Shown: positions 1-9,329 of the stretch, one piece after another
How positions within the stretch are numbered: position 1 is the stretch's first letter
How the letters are laid out: every line of letters starts with the position of its first letter
Virus record (IMG/VR): IMGVR_UViG_3300022777_000088
Direction: 5' to 3' (one strand)
Source of the DNA: a virus
Length of the DNA stretch: 64,000 nt
The notes under the pieces: generated by a model
Told to the model about the DNA's origin: nothing
The model's input: only the letters and a program-made list of their open reading frames with translations
Database searches by the model: none
Translations under genes and position numbers: made by a program

Positions 1-1
1 G

Positions 2-1186
2 CGAGAGTATTCAATCGCTGATCTGGACACTGCCATTACCGCCAACTCCAACGAGAGGAAGCACGTGCTTCTGTATCCCGGTGACTACAAGGCGGAATGG
101 AATAACGCCGTCGAAATTGAAATCCCAACCAACGTGTCTGTGACGCTTCTGCCGGGAGCAATCGTGGAGTATTCTTCGGACTTTCGGACGCAAGACTACG
201 ACTACGACGGGCCGCCAATCGAAGCTGAAGACGGGCAGGGAGATCTCATTCACCCGCTCGCGACAGGAGCAGCGAACCGATATGAACGCCCAAACTTCAC
301 AGGACACGTTGAGAACATTACAGACTTGAACCTTGCCAGCGAGTGGGCATTCAAGCAAGAGTTCGAGCGAAGCCTGTGGTCTGTGCGAAACCAGACGACG
401 CAAAACGTGGTGAACATTCCACACAAGGGCGTCGTCGAGCTTCGGCCGCAAAACAAAATCGAAACCACAGTCGGCCCAATCACTGGCGTTGAAGAAGGCA
501 CTTTCATTGAACTCCGACACGAGGAAATCACCACTCAGGTCATCGGGCCGGGCGGATCGACGACGACGCAAGGCAACATCAACAACGAGGACACGTCTCA
601 TGTCATTCAGAACCTTACGGTGAACGACGGGCACATTACCGCAGGAGACACCGTGGAGGTTGTTAGCCAACTTGAAAGCACGTCTCAGTTTATTGAACTG
701 TCCGACACAAAGGGTGAAATCGATATTGACCACGGAAATGTCGGCACCGAAGTTGACCCGACACAAGTCGTTGACGTCGACGAGAAATCCGTAAGCAAGA
801 TTGAAACTGACGCTCGTGGCCACGTCGAAAACGTGGAGTTCACCGAAAACGTCAATCAAGTCGACGCCGGACTTTTGCTGGACGGAAACGATCTTGGACC
901 CGGAGAGCGTGAAATCAACCACCAGCCGATTGACATTCAAGGATCTCCCGAAAATAGTGGCGCCACGGTTGTTCGCAGCGTCCAACCTTTTCTTCCTCCA
1001 TCCAACGTCGAGACCGGTCACATCGATGAAGTTGAGGCCGTGGATCTCGTGGAGGGGAACAACGTGCTTATTGACGCAAGCGGAGGGTCAATCGAAATCT
1101 CGACAGTCCCAAGAGTCGAAACCCGAGCCCCGAACCAAAGCGAAGGTGAAAACGGCGATCTTTGGCTCGTAGAGGAAAATCCTTGA
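2..1186 (+). CDS. acidic virion/tail-associated protein, 5'-truncated by window edge
   Basis: Frame is open from position 2; beta-rich acidic sequence; C-terminal APNQSEGENGDLW resembles tail-fibre-type motifs. Confidence 0.65.
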   Translation, partial: REYSIADLDTAITANSNERKHVLLYPGDYKAEWNNAVEIEIPTNVSVTLLPGAIVEYSSDFRTQDYDYDGPPIEAEDGQGDLIHPLATGAANRYERPNFTGHVENITDLNLASEWAFKQEFERSLWSVRNQTTQNVVNIPHKGVVELRPQNKIETTVGPITGVEEGTFIELRHEEITTQVIGPGGSTTTQGNINNEDTSHVIQNLTVNDGHITAGDTVEVVSQLESTSQFIELSDTKGEIDIDHGNVGTEVDPTQVVDVDEKSVSKIETDARGHVENVEFTENVNQVDAGLLLDGNDLGPGEREINHQPIDIQGSPENSGATVVRSVQPFLPPSNVETGHIDEVEAVDLVEGNNVLIDASGGSIEISTVPRVETRAPNQSEGENGDLWLVEENP

Positions 1187-1193
1187 TCTCGCC

Positions 1194-1210
1194 TATACTT
1201 ATAGGTGGAA
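1194..1210 (+). promoter_or_regulatory. putative late-type phage promoter (nATAYHTAWRRGTGAA family)
   Basis: TATACTTATAGGTGGAA upstream of ATG 1243; similar 16-mers recur at about 8 intergenic sites. Confidence 0.55.
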
Positions 1211-1242
1211 AGAGAAAGCAAAAAAAGTCTATCAAACCAGTT

Positions 1243-2076
1243 ATGACTCAGATCCCAAATCACCAGATCATTGACGCGAAAGAGAGCATTGAAGAACTTC
1301 TCTCTGATTCGAAAAAAGCACCTGTCAAACTCGTTTATACGGCTCGAAAGAATCACGAGCTGATTTCCGAAGAGGCCGACGACTTGGAGCAGTTTCGAGT
1401 GGACCTTCTGTCGGACTTCGCGAAGACAGACGAGGAAGGCAATGTCGTCCGAAAAATGACCGAAGACGGCGAGCCCACCGATAAGGCAGACTTCGAGTCG
1501 GAAGAGGACTTGGAAGAGTTTCGGGAGCGGCTAAGCGAGATCTACGCGGACGAAGCGCAACTCGACACCCGCACCGTGGATATCAACTCCGTTGGAGACT
1601 ACGTCGCCCCTGCAAGTTGGGGGAAGAACCTTGACTTCATGTTCGAGGGTTTTGAGACTCGCGACGAGAAGCTTCGAGGCGGCGAAGTTCAAGCAAGCAC
1701 CGACTCGATTGAAACGATCCTCGGGCTCAAAGAGGACATTGACGAAGAGCCTCACCTTCCGCTCAAGTTCAGCGCGGCCCTCTACAAGACGTACCAAGAA
1801 CTGGCTCAAGCACAGACGACGATTGAAGAGTCTCGATTTGAGCTGCTCGCGAAGTACGCGAAGAAAGACGAGAATGGCGTCGTGTCAACCAAGGAAGGAT
1901 CAAGCCGTGCAGAGTTTCCAGACGACGAAAGTGAAGAGCTGTTCCATGAAGAGTTGAATGACGTGTATAATGACCACTATGACGTTGAGGCGTCACTTGT
2001 GGAGATTAAGTACACGGATGGCGTTGACCTTCATCCTCGCCACACGATCATTCTTGACTGGATGCTCACCGACTGA
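1243..2076 (+). CDS. DUF1617-like phage protein with internally duplicated domain
   Basis: Two repeats: FRVDLLSDFAKTDEEGNVV...DFESEED and SRFELLAKYAKKDENGVV...EFPDDES; start taken at ATG 1243. Confidence 0.6.
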   Translation: MTQIPNHQIIDAKESIEELLSDSKKAPVKLVYTARKNHELISEEADDLEQFRVDLLSDFAKTDEEGNVVRKMTEDGEPTDKADFESEEDLEEFRERLSEIYADEAQLDTRTVDINSVGDYVAPASWGKNLDFMFEGFETRDEKLRGGEVQASTDSIETILGLKEDIDEEPHLPLKFSAALYKTYQELAQAQTTIEESRFELLAKYAKKDENGVVSTKEGSSRAEFPDDESEELFHEELNDVYNDHYDVEASLVEIKYTDGVDLHPRHTIILDWMLTD

Positions 2077-2130
2077 GTAAAAGCCCCGTGTTGATCATTC
2101 GGTCAACTGCGGGAATATAATCAAATCAGT

Positions 2131-2613
2131 ATGGGACGCAAAAAGTTTCCACTTCTCGAAGAGGACATCGCGGAGGCGAACGCGAAAACGAAATCGTGTG
2201 CGCAAGCCGCCGATTATCTTGATGTGGCGTACAACACCTATAAGAAGTACGCGAAGATGTACGACCTCTTTGAAGAGCAAAAGAACCAAGCGGGAAAAGG
2301 TATATCAAATGGGTACAACCTACACAAAGGCAAATACGCCTTGGACGATATACTGGCGGGGAAGTATCCAGAGTATGATAGCCTCAAGCTCAAGCAGAGG
2401 CTGATCAAAAACGATTACAAAGAAGAGAAGTGCGAGATCTGCGGATTCGACGAGAAAAACCTGTCAAACGGAAAGGTGCCTCTCTACCTCAACTATAAGA
2501 ACGGCGATAAATCCGACCACCGTGAAGAGAACATTGAGCTTGTGTGCTGGAACTGTGCGGCGGTCGTCACCGGATTCGATGTTTTACAAGATAAACGGCT
2601 GCTCATTTACTGA
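2131..2613 (+). CDS. HTH + HNH-fold protein, catalytic His residues apparently substituted
   Basis: CEIC...PLYLNYKNGD...ENIELVCWNCAA; canonical pattern is LxxDHxxG...NLxxLCxxCH. Confidence 0.7.
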   Translation: MGRKKFPLLEEDIAEANAKTKSCAQAADYLDVAYNTYKKYAKMYDLFEEQKNQAGKGISNGYNLHKGKYALDDILAGKYPEYDSLKLKQRLIKNDYKEEKCEICGFDEKNLSNGKVPLYLNYKNGDKSDHREENIELVCWNCAAVVTGFDVLQDKRLLIY

Positions 2614-2780
2614 CTCCGCCACATGCGAGAGCGTACGTCATCGGTCATGCAGGTCAAGGCAATGTCTTCATCGAAGATGATGCTTACGTCGCCGTCCTTC
2701 GAGTTTATGAGAGCAGTTCCGCAACGGTATATACCGACACCGTTCGAGAGCATGTAGGCGACTTCATGACTCTTCAGCAT
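2607..2780 (-). CDS. HExxY-family small protein (MLKSHEVAYM), 57 aa
   Basis: Translated by hand, below ORF-track cutoff; motif overlaps the TGA of the upstream gene. Confidence 0.65.
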   Translation of the reverse strand: MLKSHEVAYMLSNGVGIYRCGTALINSKDGDVSIIFDEDIALTCMTDDVRSRMWRSQ

Positions 2781-3279
2781 CCTCAAACAGCTCTTGTGCT
2801 TCTTCGCGAATCGACTCGGTCACGGGAAGGTGATAGCCGGTGTTGCCCGTGAATTCCTCAAATGTTTCGTTGTGCCACGTACCGGCATCGAATCCGTGAG
2901 TGTGTTGTAGGCGAGCAAGCTCACGTGCCTTTCGGTCCCAAGCCTGATCCGACACCACGTTCTTTCCAAGGTTGTAATATATGTGCGAGTGAAGCGCTAC
3001 CCATTGGCGTTTCGAGTCAATCAGATTGGCGATGCCTCGATCGCCTTCAATGGCAAGCTCTGCTTGACGTTTCCGGTCTTCGGATTCGCAAAGCACGTAA
3101 GCGACACGGCCGTAGCCGTTATCCGGTGCACCTTCCGCGATCTTCGCACGGAACGGCATCGTCTCTTGTAGCCGCCGCATAGTGTCGGTCGTTGGAGCGA
3201 TCGCCTTATCGCAAACCACGCGAACGACGTGCTCGCCGTACTCTTCCTGTTCGTGCTTGTTTGGGCATTGAACGTTCAT
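2764..3279 (-). CDS. protein with NAD-dependent DNA ligase domain-Ia-like segment
   Basis: HSHIYYNLGKNVVSDQAWD resembles LigA Ia YY...(I/V)SDxxYD; ATGA-coupled to upstream gene. Confidence 0.55.
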   Translation of the reverse strand: MNVQCPNKHEQEEYGEHVVRVVCDKAIAPTTDTMRRLQETMPFRAKIAEGAPDNGYGRVAYVLCESEDRKRQAELAIEGDRGIANLIDSKRQWVALHSHIYYNLGKNVVSDQAWDRKARELARLQHTHGFDAGTWHNETFEEFTGNTGYHLPVTESIREEAQELFEDAEES

Positions 3280-3491
3280 TTGACGGAGAGTTCACGGCTT
3301 ACGACTTGAAATCCGGACCGCCCTTCGGGGTCGTAATGATCAACAACTCCCTCGGCGGTGCGCCGATGCATGTAAGCATACTCGTGGAAGTTGAACGGAG
3401 TGAGGTCGTCAAACGGAATGAAGTCCATTCCGTCTTTATCGCGAATACGGTCGCCCTGCTCGTTTGTGACGAAATAGCAAATCATGGGCAT
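3276..3491 (-). CDS. hypothetical protein with internal HEYAYM motif
   Basis: ORF in co-directional coupled run. Confidence 0.6.
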   Translation of the reverse strand: MPMICYFVTNEQGDRIRDKDGMDFIPFDDLTPFNFHEYAYMHRRTAEGVVDHYDPEGRSGFQVVSRELSVK

Positions 3492-3600
3492 GGCTTTTCT
3501 TTTTCAATGACTTCATGAACACGGTCCTTCGGGAACGTTCGGTATGAAACCGTAAAGACGCGTTCACCGACGATTTGACTGTCAATCGGAACAGGTGCAC

Positions 3601-3900
3601 TCATTGGTTGCAGGCGTTTTGTGATGTGCGAACGCTAGTGACTTTGACTTCGGGGATGGAGATCTCCTGTGATCCGTCAAACACTTGAACGAAACCGTCG
3701 TCGACCGTGTGCCGCATTCCATCGAAGCACTTGGTTTCTCCACTGTTGTAACGAACGAAGGTTTGGTCTTGTTTCGTGCTTTGCTGTTTCTTCGCGAGTA
3801 AAGCGACCCCGATGAAAACTACAAGCCCCAAAGCGGCTCCGAAAAGGTAAGGCCAGATTGCGTCGGTTCTGTTTCTCATAACATTGCTTTTGTTTCTCAT
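3601..3900 (-). CDS. small membrane-anchored protein
   Basis: TM segment WPYLFGAALGLVVFIGVALLA; 21-nt duplication at the start gives ATGs at 3900 and 3879. Confidence 0.6.
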   Translation of the reverse strand: MRNKSNVMRNRTDAIWPYLFGAALGLVVFIGVALLAKKQQSTKQDQTFVRYNSGETKCFDGMRHTVDDGFVQVFDGSQEISIPEVKVTSVRTSQNACNQ

Positions 3901-3966
3901 AACATTGCGGTTCGCTATTGGCGGACCCGCCCCGTCTCTATTGTGCAGAAAGAGGCGGGGCATTTT

Positions 3967-4284
3967 TTATAGGGTGTTGCATAGCGCTTCGATTACCTCT
4001 TCCGGGTCGTCAAAGTCAAGAGAACTGGCTTCTCTTGCCGCCCTGTAAATGTCTTCTCCCATCTTTCCCAAATCAAATTCGTATATCACCCGATCTTTTG
4101 TGACTTCAAGTGTTCCCTTGAAGTCAATTCGAAGATAAAATTTATCATCTACTGACGCATACAGCGGGGTGTCATACTGAACTTCATCTTGAAATCCAGA
4201 ATGGGACGCGTCCCAATCAATATTTCCGTTGTACGTTTGTCGTAGAAGCTTCTCGTGAAGCTCGTGTTCCACGTTGTTTGGCAT
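3967..4284 (-). CDS. hypothetical protein
   Basis: Acidic ORF in minus-strand run. Confidence 0.65.
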   Translation of the reverse strand: MPNNVEHELHEKLLRQTYNGNIDWDASHSGFQDEVQYDTPLYASVDDKFYLRIDFKGTLEVTKDRVIYEFDLGKMGEDIYRAAREASSLDFDDPEEVIEALCNTL

Positions 4285-4382
4285 TTTTGAAATGATTTAA
4301 GGGTTTTCCCTTGCAAAGATGAGATATCCGCTTAGAACCGAAATATAACGTTTCAGTCGTGTTCACCTTTGAAAACCGCAAT

Positions 4383-4625
4383 TCACAAAGATTCGGCCGA
4401 TGATGCGTCACGCATGTTCTGGATCTTCTTCTCCACTTTATATGTTGAATCTATCTGATTCCGTTTTTTTGGTTCAGCCACGACTCGAAATTTGCCGGGA
4501 TGCTTATACAATATCCAAATCAAGTCTTTTTGGGTGAGAGCGTCAAAGCTGCTACATACGTGTCGGCCACCGTCCGGACGGCTTGCAATATACTGGACTT
4601 CGTGAGGAAGAAGCAACTTCATCAC
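4383..4625 (-). CDS. HExxY-family small protein (MMKLLLPHEVQYI)
   Basis: Motif at N-terminus; VVAEP mid motif; ATGA coupling. Confidence 0.75.
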   Translation of the reverse strand: MMKLLLPHEVQYIASRPDGGRHVCSSFDALTQKDLIWILYKHPGKFRVVAEPKKRNQIDSTYKVEKKIQNMRDASSAESL

Positions 4626-4915
4626 ATTCGCATTTCACGGTTCATGTTCTCGTCGCGAACCTCGTCGGTGAAGACGTCACGAAACAGCTCTTTCTCGCTG
4701 TCAGTCGGCCGCCGATCCAGCTCTTCGGCAAGCGTCTTGAAGTGTGCCCCGATGACTTCCCGTGGGACGTACTCGCGAGAAGGGGTTGCCTTGATGGTTT
4801 TGTAGGCTTCTTCTTCCGCAGCGTTTTTCACGGTGAGTTCGTCTTCGGTGGGAGTACGACCGAGCCGATTTTCCAGCTCTTCCCGATTGCGTTCGCTGAG
4901 AGTTTTGGTTTTCAT
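4622..4915 (-). CDS. hypothetical protein with duplicated L(G/D)RxPTxxE motif
   Basis: LGRTPTEDE and LDRRPTDSE. Confidence 0.6.
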   Translation of the reverse strand: MKTKTLSERNREELENRLGRTPTEDELTVKNAAEEEAYKTIKATPSREYVPREVIGAHFKTLAEELDRRPTDSEKELFRDVFTDEVRDENMNREMRM

Positions 4916-4923
4916 AATGGTTG

Positions 4924-5298
4924 TTATCGCTTGGAGTTCGGAGTGCGAGATTTGTATTCGGAGCGGAACCAATCCGGAGCGAAACTAACGAGACTGCCGT
5001 TGTGGAAGGCGTCTCCAAGTCGCTCGCCCGTGGTGAAGATGGTTCCCTTCACGAACTTCGAGCCTCGCTTCGGAGTGTTGCCTTGAAGCTCAACAATGTC
5101 TCCAATGCGGGTGCGAATGTACCCTCTGGAAACCTTGGAGTCAAGGTCTTTGACGACGGCAGCGGTCTTCTGCCACTTGCCAAAAATCTTCTTCTCAATG
5201 TAGTCGTATTTGCGAGCCCGATTCAAGCGGTAGGGAACCGTTTTGGACTCTTCATTGAGAACGTCAACGAGTGCTTGAAGTTGCTTGTCGTAGTTCAT
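4924..5298 (-). CDS. hypothetical protein
   Basis: First gene downstream of promoter-like motif at 5343-5364. Confidence 0.65.
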   Translation of the reverse strand: MNYDKQLQALVDVLNEESKTVPYRLNRARKYDYIEKKIFGKWQKTAAVVKDLDSKVSRGYIRTRIGDIVELQGNTPKRGSKFVKGTIFTTGERLGDAFHNGSLVSFAPDWFRSEYKSRTPNSKR

Positions 5299-5342
5299 GG
5301 TTGGTTGGTTTGGTTGAGTGAGTGGGGGCTTCCCCCCTGTCG

Positions 5343-5364
5343 ATTATTGCAGATACTTACACGC
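5343..5364 (-). promoter_or_regulatory. putative early-type promoter GCGTGTAAG-N4-TGCAATAAT
   Basis: Same bipartite motif at 22962, 31087, 56649 and 59853, each just upstream of a gene. Confidence 0.65.
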
Positions 5365-5654
5365 GGCAAAGCAAAAAGAGTTTCGAGACGATTGACGATT
5401 CACACGCTCTTCACATATGAACTCTTCTTGAAGCGGGAACACTCGGCGACAGTGTTGCGTTATAACCACGCGCATATTTTGCAAAACGCCCCCAACCAAT
5501 ATAATGAAGCAAACTGCCGAAGAACTCCGAAACGCCTTTTTTGCGATCGCCGGAACAATGGGTGGCGGATGGATGTTATCTACAAGCCATCCTGAAATCA
5601 CGCTCATTCAGGGCGCCATTTACGTCGGCATTATCACCATTCTAGTACTCCAAA

Positions 5655-6023
5655 ATGCTAAATAAACGCCTACTTGATAAACCGCTTGAGACGAAGTTCT
5701 GCAGGGAGTGTGAGCAGTACCAAGAACACGTCGGCGGCACCCTCTGTGTGGGATGTTCTCTGGATGAAGAGGACGTGGAATGGTACATCCAGAACGTAGA
5801 AAGCCAAAAAGAAGACGTGGAAGAAAAGAAACAGCATCCACAAACCCCACAACCACTTACTCGCGTTGAAAGCGGTGATTCTCTCTACTTATCAAATGGA
5901 ACGACCACAAGAGTCACTGAAGTAACGAGCCGCTCGGTGAAGACCGAAGAATACTCGTTTGTCAAATCTGACGGCACCGGATGGGGATCGACCGACATTG
6001 ACGCAGCTCCAAACAACACATAA
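5655..6023 (+). CDS. hypothetical protein with two CxxC pairs
   Basis: CREC...CVGC. Confidence 0.6.
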   Translation: MLNKRLLDKPLETKFCRECEQYQEHVGGTLCVGCSLDEEDVEWYIQNVESQKEDVEEKKQHPQTPQPLTRVESGDSLYLSNGTTTRVTEVTSRSVKTEEYSFVKSDGTGWGSTDIDAAPNNT

Positions 6024-6027
6024 CAAT

Positions 6028-6501
6028 ATGCCAACTGAACAGGAACGCAAATGGCTTGTGCCGGATCTTCCCGACACCTTGGAAGACGGCAACAGCATTT
6101 ACCAAGCATACCTTATCGTCACCGAAGACAGAGAAGTGCGTGTCCGGCGAAAACAGAAACCGGATGGCGCAACCGAACGTACCCTTGCCATCAAGAAAGG
6201 GAAAGGTGAGGATCGGGGGGAGTACGACACCGAACTTGACCTTCACCAGTTTCTCGATCTTGAGGAAGCGAAGGAAGGGCACGTCGAGAAGACCCGCTAC
6301 GAAATCCAGAGCGGCGAGCACTTGATTGAAGTGGACGTGTACAAGGGGAAGCTTGAAGGACTCGCGACGGCAGAAGTTGAGGATCCGAATAGATTCGAGC
6401 CGCCAGAGTGGTTCGGCCGTGAGGTTACACACAACGAAGACTACAAGAACAAGTGGCTCTCTATAAACGGACTTCCGGACGATGCTCTTGAAGAAACATG
6501 A
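6028..6501 (+). CDS. CYTH-domain (triphosphate tunnel) protein
   Basis: N-terminal EQERKWLV (ExExK), IYQAYL, RVR, EVDVY...LATAEVE, WFGREVT. Confidence 0.85.
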   Translation: MPTEQERKWLVPDLPDTLEDGNSIYQAYLIVTEDREVRVRRKQKPDGATERTLAIKKGKGEDRGEYDTELDLHQFLDLEEAKEGHVEKTRYEIQSGEHLIEVDVYKGKLEGLATAEVEDPNRFEPPEWFGREVTHNEDYKNKWLSINGLPDDALEET

Positions 6502-6706
6502 ACTGGAGTATATTCGCCAAGAGGAAAACAGAACTCACTACGTTGAAAACTACGGCGTATACTTTTCACCCGAGAACAACGGAGTGTACATATCCACTCT
6601 TAGCAAAAACCCGCCGATCTTCTGTGTTTTAGTCGATCCGGACAAATCCCAAAACGTCAAGGAAGGTTGCCATTACACATGGGCACACACAAAGAAATGC
6701 TTCTGA
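6482..6706 (+). CDS. HExxY-family small protein (MLLKKHELEYI)
   Basis: Motif; LVDPD; C-terminal W. Confidence 0.8.
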   Translation: MLLKKHELEYIRQEENRTHYVENYGVYFSPENNGVYISTLSKNPPIFCVLVDPDKSQNVKEGCHYTWAHTKKCF

Positions 6707-6945
6707 AACATGAATACCGGTACCTGAAAGAAAACTTGGAGCGTCCGAAACGCGTTGAGGTTGGGGCGTGGGTATACCAAATCTGGACGAATGTGTGGCC
6801 ACGAAAAGACGGCGTGACGTTATCGACGGTTCGATTCGATGAACCTGCGATGAAGTTTCTCGGCCAACCGACTGACACCGATCATACAATGAACGACGAC
6901 GACAAATGGCGAACCAGTTATGAGTGGTTTTTTGAAGAGTCATGA
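6697..6945 (+). CDS. HExxY-family small protein (MLLKHEYRYL)
   Basis: Motif; C-terminal YEWFF. Confidence 0.8.
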   Translation: MLLKHEYRYLKENLERPKRVEVGAWVYQIWTNVWPRKDGVTLSTVRFDEPAMKFLGQPTDTDHTMNDDDKWRTSYEWFFEES

Positions 6946-7180
6946 AGTTCGGTACATCGGCGATCGGCGGCGGCACAGTCACGTCGTCGGGTTCAGCGGG
7001 AAGTACACGGTATGGAGCCTCGACAACAGAATGTGCATTGTGCTCGTGCCGAAAACCGAAAACGTGGACTTTGTGATGGATAGTTTTGAAAGAAAGAAAG
7101 ACGATCTCGCCGTGACATATGAGTGGGAAGAGTACTTCACACAATCTTCAGGGAACTTCGACCCGGGAATTCCCGTGTAA
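6920..7180 (+). CDS. HExxY-family small protein (MSGFLKSHEVRYI)
   Basis: Motif; VLVP; YEW. Confidence 0.8.
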   Translation: MSGFLKSHEVRYIGDRRRHSHVVGFSGKYTVWSLDNRMCIVLVPKTENVDFVMDSFERKKDDLAVTYEWEEYFTQSSGNFDPGIPV

Positions 7181-7219
7181 TATAGCGCAAAATCGGGACA
7201 ACCAAACACTGATAAGCTA

Positions 7220-7315
7220 ATGGGACTGATTAGCACACTCTGTTTCGCGATAGCACTGGCAGCGACCAAAATCATGATTGAACGAGAGCTTCGCCAGTGG
7301 GGGTGGATTTCGTGA
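7220..7315 (+). CDS. putative 31-aa hydrophobic peptide
   Basis: MGLISTLCFAIALAATKIMIERELRQWGWIS fills an intergenic gap. Confidence 0.4.
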   Translation: MGLISTLCFAIALAATKIMIERELRQWGWIS

Positions 7316-7740
7316 ACTCCCTGATCAAAAAGTATCGCGAAGACCTTTACGAACACACTGAACAGCTTACAGCCGATCAGCTCAAGCTGCTCTTTCGAGA
7401 CATCAATCGGTGGGCGTCGTCATATTGCGGCCGTGGTGCAGGGCGTACTGTATTTCACGTCAACAAAAGCCTTGTGCTCAAGGTGCCTCGCCACACCGGC
7501 GCAATCGAGCAGAACAAAACCGAACACCTAAGATACCAAAATCAACTTGACTTCCCGATGGCGCCGTGCAGGCTGATTCGGGACTCGAAATCACTTCTTA
7601 TGCAAAAGGTCGATCCGGTGAGCGTGGCAAACACGGCTCTTCCCGATTGGGCTTCAAAAGTAGACGGCGGGCAAGTCGGGCGCTTGAACGGAAAGTTGCT
7701 CGCGTTTGACTACGCGAATCGAGTCCCGACGTATACATAA
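7297..7740 (+). CDS. minimal protein-kinase-like protein
   Basis: GRGAGRTVF (Gly loop), VLKVP, EQNKTE, LLMQKV, VDGGQVG, FDYA (DFG-like); start uncertain. Confidence 0.6.
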   Translation: MGVDFVNSLIKKYREDLYEHTEQLTADQLKLLFRDINRWASSYCGRGAGRTVFHVNKSLVLKVPRHTGAIEQNKTEHLRYQNQLDFPMAPCRLIRDSKSLLMQKVDPVSVANTALPDWASKVDGGQVGRLNGKLLAFDYANRVPTYT

Positions 7741-7747
7741 GGGTGAA
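7732..7747 (+). promoter_or_regulatory. putative late-type promoter
   Basis: TATACATAAGGGTGAA upstream of patatin. Confidence 0.55.
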
Positions 7748-7772
7748 GTTATAACACACACAAGAAAACGAC

Positions 7773-8660
7773 ATGGAAAAGACAGCTCTTGTTCTCGGTG
7801 GTGGTGGCGCAAAAGGCGCATATCAAGCGGAGGTCGCGACCCGCATTATCGAAGATCTTGACCTTTGCGCAATCACAGGCATATCTGCTGGCGCTCTGAA
7901 CGGCTCGATTCTCTCACAAGGAAACTCGAAGCGGCTTCGGAAGGTTTGGAAAAGCACTCGCAAGTCCGACGTATGGAGCGGGGGCCACACCCTTTGGAGG
8001 TACTGGGACTTGATTTGGGGGAACAAACTTGGCTTGTATGACAGCGACCCGCTTTACAAACAGGTGCGAAAATACTTTGACCCGAACCAAGTTGAAGTTC
8101 CGTTTCGAGCAGGATCGGTGAGCTTGGAGACCGGCAACTACGTCCAATACCAAGTCAGCCCCGATCGTAGGTACAGTGAAGAGGCGATCGAAAAAGCACG
8201 ACGTTTCGTTTGCGCGTCTGCAGCGGTACCCGGCGCTGTCGAACCAATCAAGGTGGATGACAACTTGGATATGATGGTCGACGGCGGCGTGCGAAACATG
8301 GCACCGATAAGCGATGCCCTTGATTTTGAGCCAGAGCGTATTGTCGTCATTCTCAACACCGGCATTGAAGAGGACTTGCTTACCAAAAAACAAAAACCCG
8401 GACACATCTTCGAGGTCGGAGTGTCAGCACTTGAAATCCTGCTCAACGAAACGACCATCAATGACGTGCGAACGGCTCAAAAAATCAATGACGCCGTGCA
8501 GCAAGCGGGGGGCGAGATCGGCGATTATCGTTACGTTGAGATTGACGTTATCAACCCGTCCGCAAAGATTGGGAGCCCGCGGGACTTCTCAAAGGAAGCG
8601 TATAGAAAAAGAGTGGAGGTAGCAAAGCGAGATGCAAAGCGATTTCTTTCGTCCACATGA
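7773..8660 (+). CDS. patatin-like phospholipase
   Basis: GGGGAKG, GISAG (GxSxG) and DGG motifs. Confidence 0.92.
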   Translation: MEKTALVLGGGGAKGAYQAEVATRIIEDLDLCAITGISAGALNGSILSQGNSKRLRKVWKSTRKSDVWSGGHTLWRYWDLIWGNKLGLYDSDPLYKQVRKYFDPNQVEVPFRAGSVSLETGNYVQYQVSPDRRYSEEAIEKARRFVCASAAVPGAVEPIKVDDNLDMMVDGGVRNMAPISDALDFEPERIVVILNTGIEEDLLTKKQKPGHIFEVGVSALEILLNETTINDVRTAQKINDAVQQAGGEIGDYRYVEIDVINPSAKIGSPRDFSKEAYRKRVEVAKRDAKRFLSST

Positions 8661-8850
8661 ATGGGCGTATATGCAGAAGCGGCGGCTGCCGCCAAAGTTC
8701 CCTGTGCTTACTGGAACTACAAGCGGGTACATGATTGACCCCGAACAGGAGCAAGTTCGAACCACACCGTTTGACGAAGACGGCCGTCGCCGCGAACCCT
8801 TTACCGTACCTTTCAATGACCGAAAGCAAAACGTTCTCATTTGGCAATGA
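8632..8850 (+). CDS. HExxY-family small protein (FFRPHEWAYM)
   Basis: Motif overlaps patatin stop; MIDPE; C-terminal LIWQ. Confidence 0.75.
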   Translation: MQSDFFRPHEWAYMQKRRLPPKFPVLTGTTSGYMIDPEQEQVRTTPFDEDGRRREPFTVPFNDRKQNVLIWQ

Positions 8851-9109
8851 AGCTGCTTATGCGGCACGAGATACAGGCGATGCAGCACGTCGGATTCCTT
8901 CTCTCGATAGCGAAGAATCATACAAAGTAACGGTCAATATCGACGGAAGAACAGACCCGCCGGTTCGGCAAGTTGTTTTGGCACGAACCGTTGAGAACGT
9001 ACGCCGCTGCATTCGGGGACCGACAAACACAAAAACATTCGGTCGCACAGAGGATTCGTTGGTGATCGAAACAGAGTGGCGAATGCTCATCGATGACTTT
9101 GCTTTTTAG
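8847..9109 (+). pseudogene. HExxY-family copy with frameshift (MKLLMRHEIQAM)
   Basis: Motif frame stops at 8930; the apparent remainder continues in another frame after a CT run near 8900. Confidence 0.5.
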
Positions 9110-9329
9110 ACACGAGCGCCGGTACATCACAAAAAAGTGGGCACCGCTCATTCCGTCTTTGGATGGCGGCCGAAAGTACAGCTTCTCGGTCACACGGAAG
9201 GGTGACGGAACGACAGTTATTTCCATCAGTCGGCAAGTCGACAGAAGCGAGCACGGGCCGATGATCGTCGAACCCGACCGATTTACCGAATCTGCTTACT
9301 GCGTTGAGCTTCAATGGAACGAATACTAG
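9093..9329 (+). CDS. HExxY-family small protein (MTLLFRHERRYI)
   Basis: Motif; MIVEPD; LQW. Confidence 0.8.
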   Translation: MTLLFRHERRYITKKWAPLIPSLDGGRKYSFSVTRKGDGTTVISISRQVDRSEHGPMIVEPDRFTESAYCVELQWNEY

